A stretch of 55,896 bases of DNA. Origin: Patescibacteria group bacterium UBA1370 (GTDB lineage Bacteria > Patescibacteriota > Microgenomatia > UBA1400 > PJMF01). The number at the start of each line of letters is the position of its first letter. The stretch's first letter is position 1. The notes under the pieces are model-generated. The model saw only the letters and a program-made list of their open reading frames with translations, made no database searches and was not told the origin of the DNA. The DNA lies in NCBI GenBank assembly GCA_002306315.1, contig DBRK01000003.1, positions 14,587-70,482 on the forward strand. The letters are read 5' to 3'. Of this stretch, positions 24,471 to 33,441 are shown piece after piece. Both the position numbers and the translations under genes were made by a program.

Positions 24471-27470
24471 ATGGCAAACAACAACTCCCACGGACCGGCA
24501 ACAATCAAAATTGAGGGCGCGCGCGAACACAATCTCAAAGATATCACCGTGGAAATTCCCAAAAACAAGCTTGTTGTTTTTACTGGTCTCTCGGGGAGCG
24601 GCAAAAGCTCACTGGCATTTGACACTCTTTACGCAGAAGGGCAGCGCCGCTATGTCGAGAGCTTGAGTTCGTATGCCCGGCAGTTCTTGGGGATCATGCA
24701 GAAGCCGGATGTTGACCACATCGAGGGGTTGTCGCCAGCCATCTCCATTGACCAAAAAACAACCTCCCATAATCCCCGTTCTACAGTTGGTACCATCACC
24801 GAAATTTATGATTATCTGCGGCTGCTTTATGCCAGAATTGGCCATCCGCATTGTCCCCAGTGCGGCAAGGAAGTGGCCACCCAGACTGTTGATCAGATAA
24901 TTAACCAGATTTTCGCCGAGATTGAGTTCCGTTTGGCCCAAACCGGCCAACCGGTGCGGGCAATGTTATTGGCTCCCGTTGTCCGTCAGCGGAAAGGTGA
25001 GTTTTCTCAATTGCTAAATAATCTAAAACAAAAGGGTTATCAGCGGGTGCGGATTGATGGCAACATTTATGATGCTGATGATGATTTAACTTTGATCAAG
25101 ACTAACAAACATGATATTTCGGCAGTGATCGACCGGTTAGTGGTTTCAGGCAACCAACTTAAAAAGGAGAATGAGCTTAAATCGCTGCGCAGTCGGGTTA
25201 CGCAGTCGATTGAAGAAGCATTACAGCTGGCAGACGGCTTGTCAGTGGTCAGCTTCATCGAAGATCCCAGCTTGAATTTTCCGGAAAAGCCAAAGGAATT
25301 CACTGATAAGTTGTTCAGCGAGAAACGCGCCTGCAGCGATTGCGGCATTTCGATCCCAGAAATTGAGCCCAGACTGTTTTCTTTTAACGCTCCGCAGGGT
25401 GCCTGTCCCACCTGCAATGGCTTGGGTTCATTGCTGAAAATTGACCGCAATAAAGTGGTGGCGCCTTCATTGACTTTGAGCGAGGGGGCAATCATTCCTT
25501 TTGCCCGAACCCTAGGTCAGGATACCTGGTGGTCGCGACTGGTCATCAAGGTTGTCGAAGAGGAAGGATATGATTTCCGCCGAACCGCATTTGGCGATAT
25601 GAAACCGGAGACCCAAGAGTTGCTGCTGGCCGGATCTGACAAAATCTACCGGGTCACTGGCAACAACCGTCATGGCCGGCAAACCGTTATTCATGAAAAA
25701 TTCGAGGGATTTATCACCAATCTGGAGCGGCGCTATGAGGAAACTGACTCAGATTACATCCGCAATGAAATAGAGCAGTTCATGCAACGCCAACAGTGTC
25801 CCAACTGCCAAGGCACCAGGCTTAAAGATGAAGCTCTTAGCGTCCATATCGATGGCAAAAATATTGCAGAAATCACCAAGCTCTCGCTGCAACAGTGCTA
25901 CTCTTGGGCGCAAAAACTCTGGGATGACACCATTTTGTCAGAGAAGGAAAAACTCATCGGCGAATCAATTCTCAAGGAAATCATTTCCCGGTTAGAATTT
26001 TTAAATGCCGTTGGTTTGAACTACTTAAGTCTCAACCGAGAGGCGGCAACCCTGGCTGGAGGCGAAGCTCAGCGCATCCGCTTGGCTTCACAGATTGGCA
26101 CAGGCTTGACCGGGGTTTTATACATACTCGACGAACCGACAATTGGTCTGCATCAGCGTGATAACCACCGGCTGATTGAAACTCTCAAAAACCTGCAGCA
26201 CAAAGGTAATACCGTGGTTGTTGTTGAGCATGACCGCGACCTGATGCTAGCCTCCGACCACATCATTGATTTCGGGCCACTGGCTGGCAAGCAGGGTGGG
26301 GAAGTAGTGGCGGCTGGCACCCCGGATGAGGTGATGGCCAATCCCCAATCCCTCACCGGCAAGTACCTAGCCCGCAAAAAAGATGTAGCCATCAAAAAGA
26401 ACAATGAGCGCCGGGTAGTTTCTGATGATGAGGAGTACCACCGGGAACGCTCCGGCTCGGCAATCCGTATATCCGGCGCCAGACACAACAATCTGAAAAA
26501 TGTCGACGTTGAATTTCCGCTCAACAAACTAGTCTGTATTACCGGTATTTCTGGTTCCGGCAAATCAACTCTACTGCACGACACCCTCTACGCCCATTTA
26601 GCCATGCATTTAGATCGTTCAATTGATATGGTGCCCGGACCGGTCGACAGCATCACTGTGCCTGACGTTGTCCGCCGGGTCAGTCTAATTGATCAGAGCC
26701 CGATTGGGCGGACTCCGCGCTCTAATCCTGCCACCTACACCAAAATCTTTGACTATATCCGCAAAGCCTTTGCCAATACCCAAGACGCCCAGATCAGGGG
26801 TTATGGACCGGGAAGGTTTAGTTTTAATGTCAAGGGCGGCCGCTGTGAAGCCTGCCAAGGTGACGGCCAAATCAAAATTGAGATGCAATTTTTGCCGGAT
26901 GTATACGTCACTTGTGATGTTTGTGAAGGCAAACGCTACAACGCGGAAACACTTGAGGTTCAGTACCGGGGTAAAAACATTTTCGAAGTCCTGAAGATGC
27001 CGGTTGATGAAGCGCTTGAGTTCTTCAAACATAATTCCACCATCAAAGCTAAACTGCAAACCTTGCAAGAAGTTGGCTTAGGCTATATTGAACTTGGTCA
27101 ACCAGCTCCAACCCTGAGCGGCGGAGAAGCCCAGAGGGTAAAACTAGCCCGGGAGCTATCAACCCGGACCTACGATCACGTGGTTTATCTGCTGGACGAG
27201 CCAACAACAGGTTTACACTTTGAGGACATTCAGAAATTACTCCGGGTGCTGCACCAACTAGTCGAGCAGGGCAACACCGTGATCACCATCGAACATAATC
27301 TAGACGTCATCAAAAATTCCGACTGGGTCATTGACTTGGGGCCAGAGGGAGGCGATGGCGGTGGGGAGATCATTGCCACAGGCACCCCTCAAGACCTGGC
27401 GAGAAATGAAAGTTCCTTTACCGGCCAGTTCCTAAAACAGGAATTCGCAGACATGGCTAACAGTAAGTAA
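24471..27470 (+). CDS. uvrA: excinuclease ABC subunit A
   Basis: 999 aa with two ABC modules (GLSGSGKSSLAFDT, GISGSGKSTLLHDT, LSGGEAQR twice). Zinc-finger Cys clusters are CPQCG, CSDCG...CPTCNG, CPNCQG and CEACQGDG...CDVCEG. Confidence 0.97.
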   Translation: MANNNSHGPATIKIEGAREHNLKDITVEIPKNKLVVFTGLSGSGKSSLAFDTLYAEGQRRYVESLSSYARQFLGIMQKPDVDHIEGLSPAISIDQKTTSHNPRSTVGTITEIYDYLRLLYARIGHPHCPQCGKEVATQTVDQIINQIFAEIEFRLAQTGQPVRAMLLAPVVRQRKGEFSQLLNNLKQKGYQRVRIDGNIYDADDDLTLIKTNKHDISAVIDRLVVSGNQLKKENELKSLRSRVTQSIEEALQLADGLSVVSFIEDPSLNFPEKPKEFTDKLFSEKRACSDCGISIPEIEPRLFSFNAPQGACPTCNGLGSLLKIDRNKVVAPSLTLSEGAIIPFARTLGQDTWWSRLVIKVVEEEGYDFRRTAFGDMKPETQELLLAGSDKIYRVTGNNRHGRQTVIHEKFEGFITNLERRYEETDSDYIRNEIEQFMQRQQCPNCQGTRLKDEALSVHIDGKNIAEITKLSLQQCYSWAQKLWDDTILSEKEKLIGESILKEIISRLEFLNAVGLNYLSLNREAATLAGGEAQRIRLASQIGTGLTGVLYILDEPTIGLHQRDNHRLIETLKNLQHKGNTVVVVEHDRDLMLASDHIIDFGPLAGKQGGEVVAAGTPDEVMANPQSLTGKYLARKKDVAIKKNNERRVVSDDEEYHRERSGSAIRISGARHNNLKNVDVEFPLNKLVCITGISGSGKSTLLHDTLYAHLAMHLDRSIDMVPGPVDSITVPDVVRRVSLIDQSPIGRTPRSNPATYTKIFDYIRKAFANTQDAQIRGYGPGRFSFNVKGGRCEACQGDGQIKIEMQFLPDVYVTCDVCEGKRYNAETLEVQYRGKNIFEVLKMPVDEALEFFKHNSTIKAKLQTLQEVGLGYIELGQPAPTLSGGEAQRVKLARELSTRTYDHVVYLLDEPTTGLHFEDIQKLLRVLHQLVEQGNTVITIEHNLDVIKNSDWVIDLGPEGGDGGGEIIATGTPQDLARNESSFTGQFLKQEFADMANSK

Positions 27471-27482
27471 ATTCCAAAACTC

Positions 27483-27509
27483 AGCAACTGTTACCACTTG
27501 TTGCTTTTC
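27483..27509 (+). terminator. possible intrinsic terminator after uvrA
   Basis: Hairpin AGCAAC (27483-27488) / GTTGCT (27500-27505), followed by TTTT. Confidence 0.35.
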
Positions 27510-27527
27510 GGGTTACAATAGCCTTGT

Positions 27528-29396
27528 ATGCGCTGGATACTATTAAGCTGGTTGTTTGGAGTTTTGTGCCTAATGCCTTGGCTGCACCACGCTCCTCGAG
27601 CCTTTGCCTCGGAGGAATTCGACACCAGCTTGACCACCACCTACACTGTGGACCAGACAGGGGTAACCAGAGTCAAACATGATTTCAGTATCACCAACTT
27701 GACTCCTACAACTTTCATCAAACAATACACACTCACCACCGCTTATTCCAACTTGACTAATTTCCGGATCACTGAGAACGGTGTTCAACTTGAGCCGACA
27801 ATTACAGATGAAGGCAACCGGACTTTAATAAACATTTCTTTCCCAAGAGATATAGTTGGGGAAGGTAAAACTCGCAACTTCCAAGTCGAGTACACTAATC
27901 CTGAACTGGCAATGATTGGCGGCAAAGTGCTTGAAGTGCACATTCCTGAACTCAGTGATTCCAATCTTTATGACCGTCACACGGTGATTATCCAGACACC
28001 GCTTAGTTTCGGCGAGCCGGCGCGGTCTACACCAAAACCCTTTGAAACCAAATCAATTTTTGGAGCCTTTGAAACCAGATTTGACAACACAGACGGCTCA
28101 GCAATATCAGTGATGTATGGCTCCAAACAATACTACAACCTGGCTGTACGCTATAATCTGGAAAATTCCACTGCCAGCACGGCATTAACACAACTAGCTC
28201 TGCCTCCTGACACTTCTTTCCAGCGCCTTTACTATCACAGCCTCGACCCAGCGCCTGCCAATATGAAACGGGATGACGATGGCAATTGGATAGCCACCTA
28301 CGAACTGCCTCCCAATAGCGTTACGCCTGTCCACCTGACGGCTCTAGCAGAGATCAGCCTAGACCCGCTCCCATACCCGGTGCCGGCTCCAAAAAACCAA
28401 CATACCAATAAAGATGAGCACTGGGACACCGGCAACCGCCAAATTAGCAACCTAGCAAAAGAGTTAGCCACCCCGGAAAAAATTTATGATTTCCTCATTG
28501 GAACCCTAACTTATAACACCCGCGATACCTTTCCGGAAGAAAAACCCCGCCTCGGTGCGGTTCAAGCTCTATCTCGTCCCACCGAAGTCCTGAGTCAGGA
28601 CTATACTGACTTGTTCATAGCCTTGAGCCGGGCTGCCGGCATTCCTGCCAGACGGGCAGTTGGTTATGCTTTCAGCCAAAATGAAGCCTTGCGACCCAAC
28701 ACCAGCGGCGGCAATAATCTTCATGCCTGGCCGGAGTATTATGACCAGAGCCGTGGCATCTGGGTGCCGATAGATCCGGCTTGGGGAGACACTACCGGGG
28801 GAGTGGATTATTTTCATCAATTCGACCTCAGGCACTTGACGCTGGCAATCAATGGGATCTCCAGCACCACTCCTTTCCCGGTGGGCACTTACCAATCCAT
28901 CGAAAATGAAGAAAACAACCTGGAAATTAGTTTTGCTGAAGGCTTGCCGGAACCGACACCAAGCTTCGGCTTAATGGTCGAACCCATCCGAGTATTAGGC
29001 ATGCGCTTGCCCGGGTTGCATAACCTGAAAATCACCAATCAGTCTGGACACGCGTGGTACGATATAGCCGTTGCCCTGACTCATGACTATCCAGGCGTGA
29101 CTGTTAACAAAAGACAGAGCTTGCGTGTCCCGGTTTTATTGCCTTTTCAAACCGTCAGCGTGCCGCTCACCGCCCATACTAATGATTTATCAATTAAAAA
29201 CAATGTCGAGGTAACAGCTGCTATGCTAAACAGCAGCGACAACTCAGAAATCTATGCCAAAGAAACCATCCAACTCTCAGCCGGACCAGCCGCGGCGGGT
29301 TACTTCCAAAACCCGCAAGTTCTCGTTGGCGTGGGTGTCGGTCTTGCCCTCCTTGCCATCATCGCCGGGAGTGTACTGGTTTTTAGACGCAAATAA
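27528..29396 (+). CDS. secreted transglutaminase-like domain protein with C-terminal TM anchor
   Basis: It has a signal peptide (MRWILLSWLFGVLCLMPWLHHAPRAFA). The core is DLFIALSRAAGIPARRAVGYAF...LHAWPEYYD...WVPIDPAW. The C-terminal TM helix is VLVGVGVGLALLAIIAGSVLVF. Confidence 0.7.
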   Translation: MRWILLSWLFGVLCLMPWLHHAPRAFASEEFDTSLTTTYTVDQTGVTRVKHDFSITNLTPTTFIKQYTLTTAYSNLTNFRITENGVQLEPTITDEGNRTLINISFPRDIVGEGKTRNFQVEYTNPELAMIGGKVLEVHIPELSDSNLYDRHTVIIQTPLSFGEPARSTPKPFETKSIFGAFETRFDNTDGSAISVMYGSKQYYNLAVRYNLENSTASTALTQLALPPDTSFQRLYYHSLDPAPANMKRDDDGNWIATYELPPNSVTPVHLTALAEISLDPLPYPVPAPKNQHTNKDEHWDTGNRQISNLAKELATPEKIYDFLIGTLTYNTRDTFPEEKPRLGAVQALSRPTEVLSQDYTDLFIALSRAAGIPARRAVGYAFSQNEALRPNTSGGNNLHAWPEYYDQSRGIWVPIDPAWGDTTGGVDYFHQFDLRHLTLAINGISSTTPFPVGTYQSIENEENNLEISFAEGLPEPTPSFGLMVEPIRVLGMRLPGLHNLKITNQSGHAWYDIAVALTHDYPGVTVNKRQSLRVPVLLPFQTVSVPLTAHTNDLSIKNNVEVTAAMLNSSDNSEIYAKETIQLSAGPAAAGYFQNPQVLVGVGVGLALLAIIAGSVLVFRRK

Positions 29397-30681
29397 CACC
29401 GTCCTCTACGTCGGCAAAGCCAAAAATCTCCGCAACCGCGTCCGGTCATACACTCATTTTCTGCAATTGGCTGATCGCACCAAGCAGTTGGTAAAGGTTG
29501 CCACCAAAGTTAAGTTCACCGAACTTGGCAGCGACCTTGAAGCCATTCTCACTGAGGCAGAACTAATCCGCCGCTACCAACCTGCATACAACATCCTCCT
29601 CAAAGATGATAAAAGCCCACTCTATATTCATATTACGGATGAAAAATTCCCGCGGGTCTTGCGTATCCGCAAAAAAGAGCTTAATAATCAAAATCCCAAA
29701 GGCACTATTCTCGGCCCGTTCCCCAGCGCTTACCGGGTGAGGGAAGTGCTGCAAATTGTCAGGCGCATTTTCCCATGGTGCAATGAAGCCGGCGACCGGG
29801 TTTACAATCCCGACAGCCCGGTGCAGATGAAGCCCTGCTTTTTTTATCACATTGATCTCTGTCCAGGTGCCTGTTACGGCAAAATCTCACCAGAGTCGTA
29901 CCGGGAAAACATTTATCAGTTGACACGATTTCTCAGGGGAAAAACCAAAGCCGTTACCTCTGATCTCAAAGCCCAAATGACGGCTGCTGTTGCAGCTGAG
30001 GATTTCGAAAATGCGGCCCGGCTCCGGGATATGCTCACCAGTATCGAGATTGTCACCAAACCCACGGCTATTCTCAAACCGGAACTAACCACACCCGCCC
30101 TGACCGCCCAACTGGAAAAAGACGGCCTGGTTTACCTTCAGGATATTCTGGCTGAATATATGAACGTGCCGCGCCGCTATCCGCTTGACCGGATTGAGGG
30201 CTATGATGTTAGCAACACCATGGGCACCAACCCCTCAGTAGCCATGGTGACTTTTACGGAGGGAAAACCCGACAAAGCCGAGTACCGGCTGTTTAATATC
30301 CGTTCCATCCACACTCCCAACGATTACCAGATGATGAAGGAAGCTCTGGCGCGCCGGCAAAACCACCCCGAGTGGGGATACCCAAACCTAGTGGTCATAG
30401 ATGGCGGCAAAGGCCAAGTTAGAGCAGCCCTGTCTGTCTGGACTTGGGGGACACCTCTTATCGGTATCGCCAAAAATCCGGACCGGCTGATTATTCCCAA
30501 AATCAACTGGAATAGCCGCAAAAAAGATGAAAAACCAGATCTGAGAAAACCTGATTACCACGTTCTCAAACTCCTAGAGAATCATCCCGGATTGCAGCTG
30601 ATCCAGCGCATCCGCAACGAGTCGCACCGTTTTTCCAAAAAGCAGCACACCCGCCGCCGCTTGAAGAGTATGTTTACTTGA
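29254..30681 (+). CDS. uvrC: excinuclease ABC subunit C, short form without C-terminal (HhH)2
   Basis: GIY-YIG domain (PGVYWFLDANNTVLYVGKAKNLRNRVRSY...YQPAYN), UVR motif (FENAARLRDML) and endonuclease domain (IEGYDVSN...VVIDGGKGQ...RIRNESHRF). The start is uncertain. ATG 29254 overlaps the upstream gene by 143 nt; the in-frame GTG at 29335 is an alternative. Confidence 0.85.
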   Translation: MPKKPSNSQPDQPRRVTSKTRKFSLAWVSVLPSLPSSPGVYWFLDANNTVLYVGKAKNLRNRVRSYTHFLQLADRTKQLVKVATKVKFTELGSDLEAILTEAELIRRYQPAYNILLKDDKSPLYIHITDEKFPRVLRIRKKELNNQNPKGTILGPFPSAYRVREVLQIVRRIFPWCNEAGDRVYNPDSPVQMKPCFFYHIDLCPGACYGKISPESYRENIYQLTRFLRGKTKAVTSDLKAQMTAAVAAEDFENAARLRDMLTSIEIVTKPTAILKPELTTPALTAQLEKDGLVYLQDILAEYMNVPRRYPLDRIEGYDVSNTMGTNPSVAMVTFTEGKPDKAEYRLFNIRSIHTPNDYQMMKEALARRQNHPEWGYPNLVVIDGGKGQVRAALSVWTWGTPLIGIAKNPDRLIIPKINWNSRKKDEKPDLRKPDYHVLKLLENHPGLQLIQRIRNESHRFSKKQHTRRRLKSMFT

Positions 30682-30718
30682 GTTGCGACTAGACACTGCC
30701 ACAGGTTATACTCTGAGT

Positions 30719-31078
30719 ATGCTCAAAGCTGTACTGACTTCTCTGGCTACATTAGCAATTCTGGCATATATTTTGCCCACGGTTAATTTTTTCAGTTGGA
30801 CAGCGTTGATTTTAGCTAGCATTATCTTGACTGTTGTTTATGGTGTCATTAAGCCAGTTCTTAAAATTCTTTTTCTACCAATCAATATTGTCACCCTAGG
30901 GTTGTTTTCCCTGGTGATTAATGCCTTTTTAATTTGGCTGGTAACTTTTCTGGTCCCGGGTTTTCAAATTGACAGCATGGTGCTGTTTGGCACCCCGATC
31001 GGCTGGTTCTGGACGCTGGTGGTCATCTCTTTCCTTATCAGTTTTATTCAAAACCTGCTTCGAAAATTGATTAATTAG
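30719..31078 (+). CDS. DUF360 / phage-holin-4-like small membrane protein
   Basis: I prefer ATG 30719. It has four hydrophobic helices. The pattern VIKPVLKILFLPINIVTLGLFSLVINAFLIWL is typical of the YvlD/DUF360 family. Confidence 0.55.
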   Translation: MLKAVLTSLATLAILAYILPTVNFFSWTALILASIILTVVYGVIKPVLKILFLPINIVTLGLFSLVINAFLIWLVTFLVPGFQIDSMVLFGTPIGWFWTLVVISFLISFIQNLLRKLIN

Positions 31079-31151
31079 TCTGTTGTATATCTGGGTTTCC
31101 ATCTGGACAAAACGGAAATTTTATCTTATAATAATAAATATAATATCAATC

Positions 31152-31180
31152 TTAAGCTCCCAGAAGCCTTGCGCTATAAT
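31152..31180 (+). promoter_or_regulatory. promoter (TTAAGC - 17 nt - TATAAT) placed for a leaderless transcript of the 31187 gene
   Basis: TATAAT at 31175-31180, with the ATG at 31187 only 6 nt downstream. No SD is visible. Confidence 0.45.
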
Positions 31181-31186
31181 GAATTT

Positions 31187-32152
31187 ATGAAAACAAGATT
31201 TTTGCATATCTTTTTTGTGGCTAGTTTATGGGCAACGGTGAGTTTGCTGAGTGTCGGTGGAATGTCGCCAGCGGCCGCTCAACCCGTGATTAATGAGGGT
31301 GTAATTGACTTGGAAGTCGCCACCGAGGACGCCACTGACGCCGCCACAGCTACCGATGAGGCAGAGCAGGCCACGGCTTCCGCTACCCTCGAACAAATAG
31401 TCCAGCAAAAACAAGATGCGGACATTACGGAAACAGCTGGCGAACAGCGCAGCAAGCTAGCCCGTTATTTAGATGAAAACCCGCCAGGACCGCTGAGTTG
31501 GCACAATTTCCTGCAGCATGCCATTTATGGCGCTGTTGCCAACGGTTTACCGGCTAATATCGTAGTGCTGATCATCCTCTTTCCAGTAATTACCTCGATT
31601 ATTGCTGCCTCGAGGCACTTAATCGGCCTTAAAGGTTTTGGCATCTATGTACCGGCAGTGTTGTCCGTTGCCTTTGTATCTACAGGCATTGGTACTGGGA
31701 TGATTATTTTCTTGACTGTTTTAACGGCGGCGTTGTTGTTTAGAAATTTAGTTAAAAGACTGAAGCTGCAGTATCTACCGCGGGCAGCCATGCTGCTCTG
31801 GGGAGTTTCGGTGGCGGTATTGCTGCTGATAGTTTTTGCAGCCAACACCGGCATTAGTGTTTTATTAACCCTGAATATCTTCCCGTTGCTGATTATTATG
31901 CTCATCTCAGAAAACTTTATCGAAACCCAACTGATGAGCAGCCAATCCCAGGCTGTGCGTTTGACCTTGGAAACTATCATCATTGCTATCATTTGTTCGC
32001 TGGTGATTAGCTCAGAAGACCTGCAGCGGATTGTCATCATCAATCCAGAGCTGACAATCTTGGCAGTAGCCGGCATTAATATCCTGGTGGGTAAATACTC
32101 GGGCTTGAGGCTGCTGGAATACCTGCGCTTTGGCCCGCTTCTGGAGAGGTAA
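31187..32152 (+). CDS. 7TM protein of the '7TM usually fused to inactive transglutaminase' type, with acidic low-complexity ectodomain
   Basis: Starting at ATG 31187 there is a signal peptide, then the acidic stretch EDATDAATATDEAEQATASA. Seven hydrophobic helices follow. The conserved-looking tail is KYSGLRLLEYLRFGP. Confidence 0.6.
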   Translation: MKTRFLHIFFVASLWATVSLLSVGGMSPAAAQPVINEGVIDLEVATEDATDAATATDEAEQATASATLEQIVQQKQDADITETAGEQRSKLARYLDENPPGPLSWHNFLQHAIYGAVANGLPANIVVLIILFPVITSIIAASRHLIGLKGFGIYVPAVLSVAFVSTGIGTGMIIFLTVLTAALLFRNLVKRLKLQYLPRAAMLLWGVSVAVLLLIVFAANTGISVLLTLNIFPLLIIMLISENFIETQLMSSQSQAVRLTLETIIIAIICSLVISSEDLQRIVIINPELTILAVAGINILVGKYSGLRLLEYLRFGPLLER

Positions 32153-32157
32153 CAGCC

Positions 32158-33438
32158 ATGCCATCCGCCAAAGACATCCTGGGCATGAATGCCAGAAACC
32201 AGTTGTTTGTATCTCTGAACCCGCCCTCGGCGCGGAGTTTTGCCACCTCTAAGTACGCTACCAAGCTGCTGCTGGATAGCAAGGATATTCCGGTGGCCAA
32301 AATTTTCGGCTTGCTGGCCACTAATGAGGATGTCAATGATTTCGACTGGCGCTCACTCAAGGAGAATTTTGTCATCAAGCCCACTAACGGCAGCGCCGGC
32401 AAGGGTATTGTAGCCTTCGAAAAGCTGCAGCGCGACGGCCGCTGGCGGGATGTTTTAGGCAATACATGGTCTCTTGATGATATCAAGCTGCACTGCTTTG
32501 ACATTTTGGAAGGCCAATACAGTACTTGGGGCGCTCAACATAACGTTATTGTTGAAGAAAGGGTTATCACCCATCCAGAAATTGCCAAGTACACAGAGCA
32601 GGGTACGCCTGACCTGCGGGTGATTGTTTTCAACAGCGTGCCTATTATGGCCATGCTCAGGTTGCCAACCAGGGAGTCGGAAGGCCGAGCTAACCTGCAC
32701 CAGGGCGCGATTGGGGTAGGCGTGGATATGGGCACTGGCACTACTACCAATGCCATCACCGGCAAAGGCCAACCAATCCAATTCCTGCCTGGCACTAACA
32801 AATCGCTGAGCGGCATTAAGATTCCGTATTGGAAAAGCTGCCTGATGACAGCCGTTAAAGCTGCAGAGGCTGCCCACCTGAAATATTCCGGCATCGATCT
32901 CTTTATCTCCGAAGACAAAGGACCGCTGGTGGTCGAGCTCAATGCCAACCCCGGCTTATCTATCCAAATCGCCAATGAGGCTGGGTTGCGTCGGCGCCTG
33001 GAGCGGGTAGCCGATCTCAAGGTGCTCAGTCCTGACCATGGGGTGAGAATCGGCCGGGCGCTTTTCGCTGAAAATTTTGTCGACCAAACTATTTCTCAAG
33101 AGGGACTGACTATTGTTAATCCCTCAGAAAAGATCATTGTTTTCAGCGATGCCAAGGAACGAATAGAAGTAGAAGCGCTCTTTCACACTGGCCGCTACCG
33201 GAGCGCCATCGCTTATAGCTTGGCACAAGACTTGGGTTTCCTAGAACCTGAGGATTTGTTGTGGTTTCAAAAGGAGAAAAAAGAAGGCATTGCCCCAGTG
33301 GTCGAAGCAACCGTAGAAATTAAAGGCCGCAAGTTCTCAACTGCCATGGTGGTTTCCAAACGCCTGAACCGAACTCAGCACAAAATCGAGATCGGCCGGC
33401 GCGACCTCGGCGGTTTTCTGGTCGGCACCGCACAATAA
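32158..33438 (+). CDS. alpha-L-glutamate-ligase-like (RimK-related) ATP-grasp fused to a RimB-like retropepsin-fold domain
   Basis: GMNARNQLFV, FVIKPTNGSAGKGI, PDLRVIVFNSVPIMAMLRLPTRESEGRANLHQGAIGVGVD and VVELNANPGLSIQIANEAGL mark the ligase. The C-terminal ~105 aa (EVEALFHTGRYRSAIAYSL...IEIGRRDLGGFLV) resemble the RimK-associated aspartic protease domain. Confidence 0.75.
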   Translation: MPSAKDILGMNARNQLFVSLNPPSARSFATSKYATKLLLDSKDIPVAKIFGLLATNEDVNDFDWRSLKENFVIKPTNGSAGKGIVAFEKLQRDGRWRDVLGNTWSLDDIKLHCFDILEGQYSTWGAQHNVIVEERVITHPEIAKYTEQGTPDLRVIVFNSVPIMAMLRLPTRESEGRANLHQGAIGVGVDMGTGTTTNAITGKGQPIQFLPGTNKSLSGIKIPYWKSCLMTAVKAAEAAHLKYSGIDLFISEDKGPLVVELNANPGLSIQIANEAGLRRRLERVADLKVLSPDHGVRIGRALFAENFVDQTISQEGLTIVNPSEKIIVFSDAKERIEVEALFHTGRYRSAIAYSLAQDLGFLEPEDLLWFQKEKKEGIAPVVEATVEIKGRKFSTAMVVSKRLNRTQHKIEIGRRDLGGFLVGTAQ

Positions 33439-33441
33439 GCT

